A stretch of DNA of 64,000 bases from positions 32,213-96,212 of the forward strand of contig CAIXGR010000094.1 in NCBI GenBank assembly GCA_903919075.1, read 5' to 3'. Made by a program: the position numbers and the translations under genes. Position 1 is the stretch's first letter, and each line of letters begins with the position of its first letter. Shown piece by piece: positions 9,085 to 18,546 of this stretch. Origin of the DNA: an uncultured Bacteroidota bacterium (GTDB taxonomy: Bacteria; Bacteroidota; Bacteroidia; Chitinophagales; LD1). Under the pieces are notes generated by a model. It had not been told where the DNA came from. It did no database searches and saw only the letters and a list, made by a program, of their open reading frames with translations.

Positions 9085-10776
9085 TTAAATAAATCTCTCT
9101 AAACCATATCCATTTAACCGGTTGTGATAATAAAAAAGCAATTTCAAATCTTCGGAACCAATATTACCATTGCTTAATTTAATTAATGGCGATATAGGGT
9201 GATACAAATTGATATTGCGCATTCCGTGGTCAATAATCTTATCTACATTCCACCTCAACTCTGGCGACATTAGCACCTCACCTTTATCATACATTATTTT
9301 TAATCTTTCTTTCAATTTGTTTATTCCTTCTACTACATCATTATAAGGCACTGATACGTCATCGGGCAGGGTACGCAGTAAGGTAAATACATCAACATTA
9401 TTCTGCTGCTTTTTAAGTAATTCGAAAACAGTAAAGCATACCAAGTGACTGGTGAAAACTACATTGTAACGATAGTAATTATTTACTATACGTTCGCCCA
9501 ATATTTTTGTATATTCTTCATCGCGTTGATGGTCGTCTTTTAACTCGCCATTGGTTAAAAAGTAATTTTTTACATTAATTTTTTGTCCCAAATGATTATG
9601 GCTGTTGCCATCAAAATCAACTTTATTTCCTACCACATCCATTACTTCCCCAAATGAAACAGAAAGTGAAGACGAAGCGGATAAAAACTTCCATATAAAC
9701 CGCATTAGCTTAAATGAAGTTGAATACTCATCATTCTCTTTGTAAAAACGTTCCTTTCCGGTTTCTTTTAAGTAATCACTGATTAGCGCTTGTGCTTCCA
9801 ATACAAAATGGTAATTGATAACGCATGGAACAACGTATATCTTCGGCGCTGTTTCTTCAGGGAAATTTTTGAAGTGCATTTTTTGGGCCTCAATAGCGGT
9901 GCCCAGCAAACCCAATTTCAATTTTCCTTCCAATGAACCGGAACGCGAACGAGTGCCACCGGGAAAGAATATACTATGCGCACCTCTTTGAATAGCTATA
10001 GTTGAATAGTTTTTCAAGCACTCCAGATAAACGCCATTCTTTTTACGCCTGTCAACTTTGTATGCACCTAACCGGTTCATAAAATAAGCAAGCAAATCGA
10101 TGCTAAAAAGATTAAGGCCTGCCCCGTAAGTAAAAGCAGGAAGGCCCAGTTCACTCAATATCCATCCCACCAAAATGGAATCCATATTGCTAAAATGTGT
10201 GGGGACAATAATAACAGTACCCTTAGTAGATAAGTGCCTAATTTTTTCAATATCACCGATAATAGGAATCTTCTCGTGTATGGTTTTTACATTAGCGCCA
10301 ATATTTTTAAGCCACCGTCCCGGTGTTGCAGAAAGTATGCGGCCAAAAAACTGCGGCAAAATTGTTCTTGCAAACTTAAAAGTACCAATATTAAATTCGC
10401 CCGCTATTTCTTCAATATATCTGTTAACAATTTCTTCTAATATGACTGCTTCACTATCTTGCGACACATTATTAAGTTGATCGCTTTTTATCAGTTTACT
10501 TTTAATGCTATTCCAAAATTTTTTCTCATCGGGCGGGTCAGCTTTCCAAGCCTTTTCAGTTAATCTTATTTTTTCCTGATATAGAACCTTTGCCAGTTCT
10601 TCGCGTAAGTTTTTGCTGGTTTTATAGCGTTCTTTCAAACGTGCAAGTGAACGGCTTTTAACTTCTTCAACAAAATTCTGTTTATCGTCACTAAGCCTGC
10701 TTATGGGCCATTGCCGCATATCCTCAATTACATATGGCAAAGGGTAATCATTAGGATTATATTGTCTTCCAATCAT
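9085..10776 (-). CDS. PlsB-like glycerol-3-phosphate / lysophospholipid acyltransferase
   Basis: Acyltransferase HX4D motif (PTHFSNMDS) and FFPGGTRSRSG block. Adjacent to gpsA. Confidence 0.7.
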   Translation of the reverse strand: MIGRQYNPNDYPLPYVIEDMRQWPISRLSDDKQNFVEEVKSRSLARLKERYKTSKNLREELAKVLYQEKIRLTEKAWKADPPDEKKFWNSIKSKLIKSDQLNNVSQDSEAVILEEIVNRYIEEIAGEFNIGTFKFARTILPQFFGRILSATPGRWLKNIGANVKTIHEKIPIIGDIEKIRHLSTKGTVIIVPTHFSNMDSILVGWILSELGLPAFTYGAGLNLFSIDLLAYFMNRLGAYKVDRRKKNGVYLECLKNYSTIAIQRGAHSIFFPGGTRSRSGSLEGKLKLGLLGTAIEAQKMHFKNFPEETAPKIYVVPCVINYHFVLEAQALISDYLKETGKERFYKENDEYSTSFKLMRFIWKFLSASSSLSVSFGEVMDVVGNKVDFDGNSHNHLGQKINVKNYFLTNGELKDDHQRDEEYTKILGERIVNNYYRYNVVFTSHLVCFTVFELLKKQQNNVDVFTLLRTLPDDVSVPYNDVVEGINKLKERLKIMYDKGEVLMSPELRWNVDKIIDHGMRNINLYHPISPLIKLSNGNIGSEDLKLLFYYHNRLNGYGLERFI

Positions 10777-10826
10777 ACAAACTCAATTCATTTAAATATA
10801 AAAAGATTCTTTGCCTAACAAGTTAA

Positions 10827-11330
10827 TTATATACAAGGCGCTTTATGCAAGGCCGGCATAAAAACTACCCGGTCAGAATCTTTGGCACCGACGTGGCTGG
10901 AATCTCTTTTTACGGTTTCAATAATTTTTCTAAAAATACTATCACCCGAAATTTTCCATTCCTGGTCTTCTGTTTTGTTTTTGCCCTCAAAAGTATATTG
11001 ATAACTTACCAGCAACGTGCCATCGTAAATGGTTCCAATCAAAATGCCATTCGGTTCATTAGCCCTGGCCGGAAAATGATCTAACTTCCCTAAAACACTG
11101 TCAAGGGTAACCGTAAGTTCCAGCTTAGTAACACCCTGGGCATTTGAATGCAATTCATAACAATATTTTTCGGGAGGAATTGGTGCATGGGGAGGTGTTT
11201 CGTAAGCCACCTCACGGTCAACACTCTTACTACTTTGGGCGCCTTTCTTACTCTTGCTATTACCCGTTTTTAATTTATCTAAAGGGCAACCAGAAACCAG
11301 AAAAAATAATAATATAATTAAGGCTTTCAC
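10827..11330 (-). CDS. hypothetical lipoprotein
   Basis: Signal peptide with lipobox-like LVSGC. No family recognised. Confidence 0.45.
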   Translation of the reverse strand: MKALIILLFFLVSGCPLDKLKTGNSKSKKGAQSSKSVDREVAYETPPHAPIPPEKYCYELHSNAQGVTKLELTVTLDSVLGKLDHFPARANEPNGILIGTIYDGTLLVSYQYTFEGKNKTEDQEWKISGDSIFRKIIETVKRDSSHVGAKDSDRVVFMPALHKAPCI

Positions 11331-11404
11331 TCTATTTTTTTTGTAAAGGTAAATTTTCAGTTGGAAATGGGAAACATGAAAAGGAACAACCTCACTTTCT
11401 TGTT

Positions 11405-12568
11405 TTACACACTTGTTTCATCCCATTTTGTCACAAATTCAATAATACCACTTTTTACATGCTCCAAGGCTTGTGGTTCAATATTTGCCACCACATCATG
11501 CCTGGTATGATATGTAAAATCATATTCAGTAGTACTCATGCCAATGATAGATACTGCCGGAAGGCCTGCTCGTGCAAACGAAACACCATCTGTACCCCCT
11601 ATTGGTATAGTAATCATTTTGTAAGATAGATTGAGGCGCTGAAAGCTTTGTTGTAAGCCTGAAATAAGCTTAGGATTATATGAGGTACCATTCATCAACT
11701 CGCGCTTAACTATAGAAATTTCTTTAACTAAACGAACACCATCTATATTGATAAGAAAAGCATTTTCGCTTTTTAATTCCTCTTTTTTTTGCCGAACATA
11801 CATTCTTGAGCCACACAATCCGCGCTCTTCGCTGCCAAAACTTACAAATTTTATTCGGGTGGTTTCTAATATAGATTTCCCATTTTCATTTTTATCGGAA
11901 AAGTGCTTAAATGTTTCATAAGCAATAGCAATGCCTGAAAGATTATCCTGCGCGCCGGGAACTGTGTGCTTTTCTTCCATACTCCAAAAAACAATGGTAA
12001 CCGGTGTGAGTACTACAAAAAACAACCACAGATAAAAATGAAAGTGCGATGGCCAAAATATATGCCAAGCTAAAAAGAGAGGTAGCATAACCATTAATAC
12101 CCCTGCCAAAACCGTAAGCCTTACACCCAGGCCCCCCAATTTATACCACCACCGATATTCGTGGGCACTATCCATGTGTGCCGAAATAATAAGTGTGCTT
12201 TTCGCTATGATTCTTGGCTCAAGAACAGCTTCAACATTGCTGGATGTTTCTTTAGCGCCTGGAAATTGGGTTAATACATCGCGATACATCATTAAATCGG
12301 AAATGACAAAAAACGCATTAACCAGGGCAATGATTAAAGCAACTACCGGCAAGTAATTATAAAGTAGCAGGGCTGCTATATAAATTACAACATAATATTT
12401 AAGCTTGCCAAAACGTGCACGAAGGTGCTCTTGAAACGGCAAAAATTGAACTTTATTTGTAAACTCTTCGCATTTTGCTTTAATGAATAACTGCGCTTGC
12501 TTCTCCGCATCGCTGCCAGCTGGCCGGGGCCCGAATTTTTGAATGATTTCTGTAATTAGCGCTATCAT
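11405..12568 (-). CDS. membrane-embedded M28 family metallopeptidase
   Basis: SAHMDSAHE, QDNLSGIA, FGSEERGLCGS and YHTRHD metal-ligand blocks, with hydrophobic helices in the middle. Confidence 0.7.
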   Translation of the reverse strand: MIALITEIIQKFGPRPAGSDAEKQAQLFIKAKCEEFTNKVQFLPFQEHLRARFGKLKYYVVIYIAALLLYNYLPVVALIIALVNAFFVISDLMMYRDVLTQFPGAKETSSNVEAVLEPRIIAKSTLIISAHMDSAHEYRWWYKLGGLGVRLTVLAGVLMVMLPLFLAWHIFWPSHFHFYLWLFFVVLTPVTIVFWSMEEKHTVPGAQDNLSGIAIAYETFKHFSDKNENGKSILETTRIKFVSFGSEERGLCGSRMYVRQKKEELKSENAFLINIDGVRLVKEISIVKRELMNGTSYNPKLISGLQQSFQRLNLSYKMITIPIGGTDGVSFARAGLPAVSIIGMSTTEYDFTYHTRHDVVANIEPQALEHVKSGIIEFVTKWDETSV

Positions 12569-12589
12569 ATAATTTAAAGCATAAGCCGT

Positions 12590-14242
12590 TTACTTGATTT
12601 TACTTTCTACTAGTTTTAAAATTTCAGTTTCGAAATTTTTAGTGTTGCGCAGTATTTCATCGGCCTGCCTTAGAACATTGTCAGCGTAAGCTTTATCCTC
12701 GTAACCCGATGCGTTGATTTTTACATTTAAGTACGCCCCGTACACTGCTGAGCGCGCGCACAAGGCACCCACACCAGCATCGGATACTGAATTAGGATTG
12801 CCAATTTCTGCCATGGCCTTAATTACTTCTAATGTTTGAAACGAAAGCTGCATAACTTTAAAAGGTATTTCAATAGCATATTTTGTAGCCTCGGCAATAG
12901 CTTTTTTTCGTGCGATTTTTTCAGAATCGTTTGATTTCGGCAATGAAAATGCTTCCATTATTTTATTAAAGGCTCTTGTATCTTCATCAACCAGTTTTAA
13001 TAATTCGTCTTTTAAATGTTGTCCTTTTTCTGCCCAATCTGAAAATTCTTTCCACCGGTCATCCCATCCCTTTTTATGCGAAGAAAGATTGGCAACCATA
13101 GTACCGAGCGAAACACCCAATGCACCAATGTATGCGGCAATTGAACCTCCACCTGGTGCCGGTGATTCGCTTGCTGTTTCATTGGCAAACTCTATCAGGC
13201 TCATATTTACCAATGGGGAAGAATTATTATCAGCAAGCATATACTCTATGATTCGCTTTTCAGGTTCGAACTGGGTTAACTCATCAAGCCCCATGCTTTT
13301 TGCTGCTATTTTAATTAACTCGCCTTCGCTTACACCGGCAGAACGATTTTGTTTTAAAAGAAAATATTTCCCCGCATCTAACATTGCTTTAAGCGGAATA
13401 AGGCCAACAAGCTCGCTACCTGTTACGCGCATGCCACGGTTATACGCGCTCTTTACACATTCATCGAATGCTATGTGCACCGGTGTAGTATTAATATTGG
13501 TAAGGTTCATACTTACTTGTGCAATTCCATATTCGGGTAAATACCAACCTATGCCTTTTACTGCTTTGCATGCACCGGGCTGTAATACCTCCTCTCCTTT
13601 TTCATTCTTTACTTTTCTGCCTGCCTCACGCACATCGAAAGCCACAGAATTAGCCCTACGAACAGAAGTGGTATTTAGGTTTACATTATACGCCACTAAA
13701 AAATCGCGTGCACCAATAGCTATGTTTCCGCTCTTTTCGTTCCACTTAGATGGTCCAAAATCAGGCTTCCAATCAGGCAATACAATTTTTTGCTCAATGC
13801 CTTCGTACTCACCATGCCTTACGCTGGCAAGATTTTTTCGATGTTCAGCACTAGCTGCATACTCGTATAAGTAAACTGGTATTTTCAATTCCTTACCTAC
13901 CCGCTCTCCCAATTTTTGGGCGCATTTAATACAATCTTCCATTGTTGCATTGGCGATTGGAATAAACGGACAAACATCAGTAGCACCAAATCGTGGGTGC
14001 TCGCCTTTGTGCTTTGCCATATCAATCAACTCAGCAGCTTTATATATGCCTTTGAAGGCAGCTTCTACTACTTCCTTTTCATCACCCACAAAAGTTACAA
14101 CTGTACGGTTAGTACCTTTACCGGGGTCCACATTAAGTAAGCGCACGCCTTCTACACTTTCAATGGCATCTGTTATTTGCTTTATAATATGCATGTCCCT
14201 ACCTTCACTAAAGTTGGGTACGCATTCTATTATTTTCTTCAT
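12590..14242 (-). CDS. ftcD: fused glutamate formimidoyltransferase / formimidoyltetrahydrofolate cyclodeaminase
   Basis: N-terminus MKKIIECVPNFSEGRD (FT domain). C-terminal SPAPGGGSIAAYIGALGVSLGTMVANLS (cyclodeaminase domain). Start moved to 14242; the ORF track extends to 14305. Confidence 0.9.
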   Translation of the reverse strand: MKKIIECVPNFSEGRDMHIIKQITDAIESVEGVRLLNVDPGKGTNRTVVTFVGDEKEVVEAAFKGIYKAAELIDMAKHKGEHPRFGATDVCPFIPIANATMEDCIKCAQKLGERVGKELKIPVYLYEYAASAEHRKNLASVRHGEYEGIEQKIVLPDWKPDFGPSKWNEKSGNIAIGARDFLVAYNVNLNTTSVRRANSVAFDVREAGRKVKNEKGEEVLQPGACKAVKGIGWYLPEYGIAQVSMNLTNINTTPVHIAFDECVKSAYNRGMRVTGSELVGLIPLKAMLDAGKYFLLKQNRSAGVSEGELIKIAAKSMGLDELTQFEPEKRIIEYMLADNNSSPLVNMSLIEFANETASESPAPGGGSIAAYIGALGVSLGTMVANLSSHKKGWDDRWKEFSDWAEKGQHLKDELLKLVDEDTRAFNKIMEAFSLPKSNDSEKIARKKAIAEATKYAIEIPFKVMQLSFQTLEVIKAMAEIGNPNSVSDAGVGALCARSAVYGAYLNVKINASGYEDKAYADNVLRQADEILRNTKNFETEILKLVESKIK

Positions 14243-14404
14243 AACTAGAAATTTAGCAAACGAATATAAAAAAGGTGGAAGATGAAAGGATAAAGAAATG
14301 TGCATTAAAAAATCGCCTTTAGTTTTCAGCTTTCGCTTTTAACCTTTGACTTTTAAAATAATCTCATCTTCTTTGCGTTTATTAGCATTAAATTCAAAAA
14401 AAGG

Positions 14405-15469
14405 TTGAAAAGGCTTATATTATTAGTTCCATCGTTATTAATATTTGGATGCTTGTTTTCGCAGTTGGGCGGTTCAAGCACTTATAATTTTCTTTCCCTT
14501 TCCCCTTCGGCAAGGGTTACAGCTTTGGGTGGTACTAATATTACCCTTATTGACCATGATTTAAGTACACAATTGGCTAACCCCGCCTCTTTAAACCCTT
14601 TAATGAGCCGCTGCGCAGAATTTGGCACTAGTATTTACCCTGGGGGTATTAATTTTGGCAACGTAGGTTATGCGCAAAAATTCAAAATTCCGGGCACTTT
14701 CGGTTTTGGTTTGCAATATGTGGCTTATGGAGAGTTTAAGGAAACTGACGAGCAAGCAAACATTATAGGCAAATTTACAGCCAGCGAAATGAATATTTAT
14801 GCCGGTTATGGTTACCAGTTTGGCAAAATATTTTCGGCAGGCGTGAATATAAAATATATCTATTCGCATCTAGCCTGGTGGAGTTCGGACGGGCTTGCAA
14901 CTGATCTTGGCGCCATGATAAATGATACAGCGCACCTGATAACGGCTTCAATTGTTGCAAAGAATATAGGTGGGCAAATAAAGCCATATAACAAGGGCGT
15001 TTATGAACCTATACCTTTCGACCTTCAAGCAGGTTTCTCATTTGGCCTAAGGCACCTTCCGCTTAAATTTCATCTTACCTTCCATCATTTATATACTTGG
15101 GATATACGGTATGACAACCCGGCGGATAATGTGCAAAGCACTTTATTTGTCGATTCTTCGCAACTTAAACCCAAACAACACATTGTCGATAAATTATTCA
15201 GCCATATCATTATCGGCGCCGAAATAAATATTAAAAAAGTAGTTCGCCTTGATATTGCCTACAACCACTTACGGCAAGACCAAATGCGCCTTACTACTAA
15301 AGTAGGCCTACCGGGTATTTCATTGGGTTTTGGCTTGCATATCCGCCAGTTTGATTTTAGCTATGGCTTTCAGCCAATGGCCGAGGGGGCAACTTTGAAT
15401 TATTTTACTTTATCGGTAAATACCGGTGGCTTTGTAAAAAGAAAAACAGTTCCCAAAGACAAATCATAA
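14405..15469 (+). CDS. porQ: PorQ-like type IX secretion outer-membrane beta-barrel protein (PorV/PorQ family)
   Basis: Signal peptide followed by GGSSTYNFLSLSPSARVTALGG, which I recall as the PorV/PorQ N-terminal signature. About 350 aa, beta-strand-like alternation. TTG start. Confidence 0.55.
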   Translation: MKRLILLVPSLLIFGCLFSQLGGSSTYNFLSLSPSARVTALGGTNITLIDHDLSTQLANPASLNPLMSRCAEFGTSIYPGGINFGNVGYAQKFKIPGTFGFGLQYVAYGEFKETDEQANIIGKFTASEMNIYAGYGYQFGKIFSAGVNIKYIYSHLAWWSSDGLATDLGAMINDTAHLITASIVAKNIGGQIKPYNKGVYEPIPFDLQAGFSFGLRHLPLKFHLTFHHLYTWDIRYDNPADNVQSTLFVDSSQLKPKQHIVDKLFSHIIIGAEINIKKVVRLDIAYNHLRQDQMRLTTKVGLPGISLGFGLHIRQFDFSYGFQPMAEGATLNYFTLSVNTGGFVKRKTVPKDKS

Positions 15470-15481
15470 TTGAATGCCTGG

Positions 15482-16006
15482 ATGAACAAACTTATCCGTC
15501 TTATCCCTTTAATTATAGTATCAGTTATTCTGCTTGTGGCCTGTAAAAAACCGGCACCGGCACTTCTTGATTTTTCAAAGCTTACAGAAACAAATAGCAA
15601 ATGTGAACTAGCGGGAACAATTGATTCAAATGCATGGAAAAATGATGTACTGAATCTTAAAAATGACACCTTACTTCTTACCTTTTCAGATAATATTTAT
15701 CTCTCGGATTCAATACCCGGAACAATACAAATTTCAGCCCCATGCCCTAACCCCTCAAATGGCTTTTTTTTCTGGAGCGTAAATGCCAGCAGAGCATGCA
15801 AACTTAAGCTAGTGTGCATTAACGACAGTTCCGATATTCTGTATTACAATTCGTACCGGCTTCAAAACGGACCGGTTGATATAGGCTTCAACTTCAGGTC
15901 TAATACTTCTTTCCACAAAAACAATAACTTCAGAATGTATTATGCCTTCTACACCTCAAAGGATTCGATATTCTATGCGGGATATGGAAATTTTAGAATT
16001 GAGTAA
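15482..16006 (+). CDS. hypothetical lipoprotein
   Basis: MNKLIRLIPLIIVSVILLVAC lipoprotein signal. ATG at 15482 preferred over TTG at 15470. Confidence 0.45.
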   Translation: MNKLIRLIPLIIVSVILLVACKKPAPALLDFSKLTETNSKCELAGTIDSNAWKNDVLNLKNDTLLLTFSDNIYLSDSIPGTIQISAPCPNPSNGFFFWSVNASRACKLKLVCINDSSDILYYNSYRLQNGPVDIGFNFRSNTSFHKNNNFRMYYAFYTSKDSIFYAGYGNFRIE

Positions 16007-16019
16007 AGGGACGGCTTTC

Positions 16020-18350
16020 TTATTTATTCAAAACAAGCTGCTTAACAGCCCTTCTTCCATTTTGATTTAATTCAACCACATAAACACCGTTGGTAAATTG
16101 CGAAAGGTCAATTTGGGTTTGCACTTCGGTAAGTTCCTTAGTATAAATTTTTTGCCCCAAAATGTTTTCCAGATTAAGAATGGTGCCATTATCCAAATGC
16201 CCCAGCTCAATCATCACTTCACTTTTTGCAGGGTTAGGATATAGGTTAAAAGATATGGCATTATTAATATGGTTAACACCAGTAGCCAGATTAACAGCTA
16301 CCAAAGCAGTTTCGTAGCAACCGCTTTGATCGGTAACTGTAACTAAATAATTACCCGGGGCAAGATTAGAAACAGAGGCCGTTGTTGCGCTATTGCTCCA
16401 TTTGTACGTGTACGGAGATAAGCCTCCGGTAATGTCTTCAATTACAGCGCTGCCATTTGTGCCAGTACTTGGGCTAACTGCAGTATTAAAATTAATTTGG
16501 TAAGGTTCATTTACCATAATATTCGAAACAGTTGTGCAGCCATTATTAGTAACTGTAACAGTATATGGGCCCGCAGCCAAATTCGAAATAGAATTAGTAG
16601 TGGCGCCAGTATTCCACAAATATGAATATTCACTACCAGTCCCCCCTGTAACACTTACACTAGCGTCGCCGTTAGCCGATGTGCAAGCTGCATCAGTAAT
16701 TTGCGGAGTAATGATAATTTGCGCAGGCTGTGAAATGCTTTCGCTTAATGAAACAGAACATCCTCCGGCATCATGCACAACTACTTGATAATTACCGGCA
16801 GCAAGATTATTATTGTTAGAATTAGTATTTCCGTTGTTCCACAAATAACTATAGTTTGGGGTTCCACCAGATACCGAAATGCTTGCTGCCCCATTAGAAG
16901 CGCCAAAACAATTTGCACCCACAGCTGAATGGCCGCTAATAACCAATTTAGGATTTACAGTAACTGTAATGCTAGATGTGCCTGTAAACCCGCTGCTGTC
17001 AATTTTTACAGTGTATGTTGTGGTAGTAACAGGATAAGCATTGGTATATGCACATGTTGGGCAACTTAAACCCGTTGTAGGTGTCCAACTATAAATTTCA
17101 CTTGAAGCAGATGCAATAAGAATAGTAGTATCGCCCTTACAAAGTGATGTTTGAATAGCTGTAGCTTGCACACCGGCCCTAATAGGTTGAATACCAATTA
17201 AGGCTCCTTCGTTGGAGCTAAAGTTATAGCCACCGGCTGAAAGATTTGATACTAAAAAATATCCATTCGAAGAGCCGCCCCAACCCCAGTTCATATGCAA
17301 CATATCATTCTGATCATAGCCATCGCAAACCCAGGTATGCCCACCGGTAGGGTCAAAACCTTCGTATTGAACTGGCCGCCCTGCATCCAATTCACCTTTA
17401 ATCAGAGTAAGCCACTCATCGGCGGTATAATATGCTTCAATAATGCCTTGTATGGTATTAGGATCGTATGAAAAATAATCTACAAAAGCTTGCTGAGCAC
17501 TATGCCCGTGAAGTGATTGAGATGCAAGCACTGCAGCACCACTACCACCTTCTGTCTCATCACCATAATCCATCGCAACACTAACTCCGCATTGGTACAT
17601 AAGTGTGGAAACATAATTATTGGTGTTACTTACGTAAAGTGGCATACCCGTCCAATTGTAGGTTGTTGAACCAAAATCAGCAGATTGAAGGCCGTAATTA
17701 TGCGAGTAGCCTGGCCACCCATCGGTATACGAAAATGAGCCAAAGCCTTTTGCAGGGTAACTCCAGTATTTCATAATTTGTGCCATTGTGGTAGCAACGC
17801 ATCCGGTAACGCACCGCTGGCCGTCTGTGGCATTAAATGGGCAAAGATCATTGTAGATAGGGGATTGATTCCATGCTGTTTTTATAAGCGGAGCCACTGT
17901 GTTGCTTTTCGCAATACCAGGATTTTGCCCCTGACGGTATGCCGACCATAAACCAGCAATTCTCGAATCGGCAATTTCATTTTGCAGTATACCCTTGTAA
18001 ATGTTGGATGAAGCATGGCCCATCCAATCCTTTAGCCCGGTAAGGTTCATTTCAGGTTCAAAGGAAGATTCGGTTGAATAGCCTATAACCGGAACAATAT
18101 TATCATCGGCAGATACAATTACAAACCCAGTTACAGGGGTCATGTTAAACACATAAAAATCTATGGTATTGTCTGCTTCAATTTTGGTGTATTTTAGTGA
18201 AGCATTAATCTGCAACTTATTAGCAGCCTGAACATTAACTTTGAAGAAATTAAGGGCCACAATTTGGGCCTCTTGTGAGGTAATTTTATAGGCAAATGCA
18301 GTAAGAACAGTGGATATCAATATGCCCAGCAATACAACATATTTTCTCAT
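16020..18350 (-). CDS. C10 (streptopain-like) cysteine peptidase with SprB-type repeats and a T9SS C-terminal sorting domain
   Basis: N-terminal Spi-inhibitor-like propeptide, catalytic Cys block TGCVATTMAQIMKYWSYP, His block GGHTWVCDGYD. Three C.G..NG.A...V.GG...Y.Y.W repeats. C-terminal LYPNPAKSEV...GVYVVEL. Confidence 0.85.
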   Translation of the reverse strand: MRKYVVLLGILISTVLTAFAYKITSQEAQIVALNFFKVNVQAANKLQINASLKYTKIEADNTIDFYVFNMTPVTGFVIVSADDNIVPVIGYSTESSFEPEMNLTGLKDWMGHASSNIYKGILQNEIADSRIAGLWSAYRQGQNPGIAKSNTVAPLIKTAWNQSPIYNDLCPFNATDGQRCVTGCVATTMAQIMKYWSYPAKGFGSFSYTDGWPGYSHNYGLQSADFGSTTYNWTGMPLYVSNTNNYVSTLMYQCGVSVAMDYGDETEGGSGAAVLASQSLHGHSAQQAFVDYFSYDPNTIQGIIEAYYTADEWLTLIKGELDAGRPVQYEGFDPTGGHTWVCDGYDQNDMLHMNWGWGGSSNGYFLVSNLSAGGYNFSSNEGALIGIQPIRAGVQATAIQTSLCKGDTTILIASASSEIYSWTPTTGLSCPTCAYTNAYPVTTTTYTVKIDSSGFTGTSSITVTVNPKLVISGHSAVGANCFGASNGAASISVSGGTPNYSYLWNNGNTNSNNNNLAAGNYQVVVHDAGGCSVSLSESISQPAQIIITPQITDAACTSANGDASVSVTGGTGSEYSYLWNTGATTNSISNLAAGPYTVTVTNNGCTTVSNIMVNEPYQINFNTAVSPSTGTNGSAVIEDITGGLSPYTYKWSNSATTASVSNLAPGNYLVTVTDQSGCYETALVAVNLATGVNHINNAISFNLYPNPAKSEVMIELGHLDNGTILNLENILGQKIYTKELTEVQTQIDLSQFTNGVYVVELNQNGRRAVKQLVLNK
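16290..16920 (-). repeat. three tandem SprB-like coding repeats within the C10 peptidase
   Basis: CFGASNGAASISVSGGTPNYSYLWNNG..., CTSANGDASVSVTGGTGSEYSYLWNTG..., STGTNGSAVIEDITGGLSPYTYKWSNS... Confidence 0.7.
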
Positions 18351-18546
18351 GTAATTCAGATACCTCTTTATTGTTAGTCTACGAATTTACCACTTTTAGT
18401 TACGAAACTGTTAAGTTATTAACAAAATATCTCTGTTTCAAACCAGTTTTGCATTGATTTATGCGCTTTTCACAACATCTGGTTTGCTTTTCGTTCCTTT
18501 GCCTTTCGATACTTAAATTCTAACTTCCGTTTATAACTTTTACCGG

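Noticed and set aside
13089-13874. 261-aa ORF antisense to ftcD
   Set aside because: It lies entirely inside a strongly supported conserved gene on the other strand. It has low-complexity Ser/Pro/Ala-rich composition and no motif. This is a typical shadow ORF.
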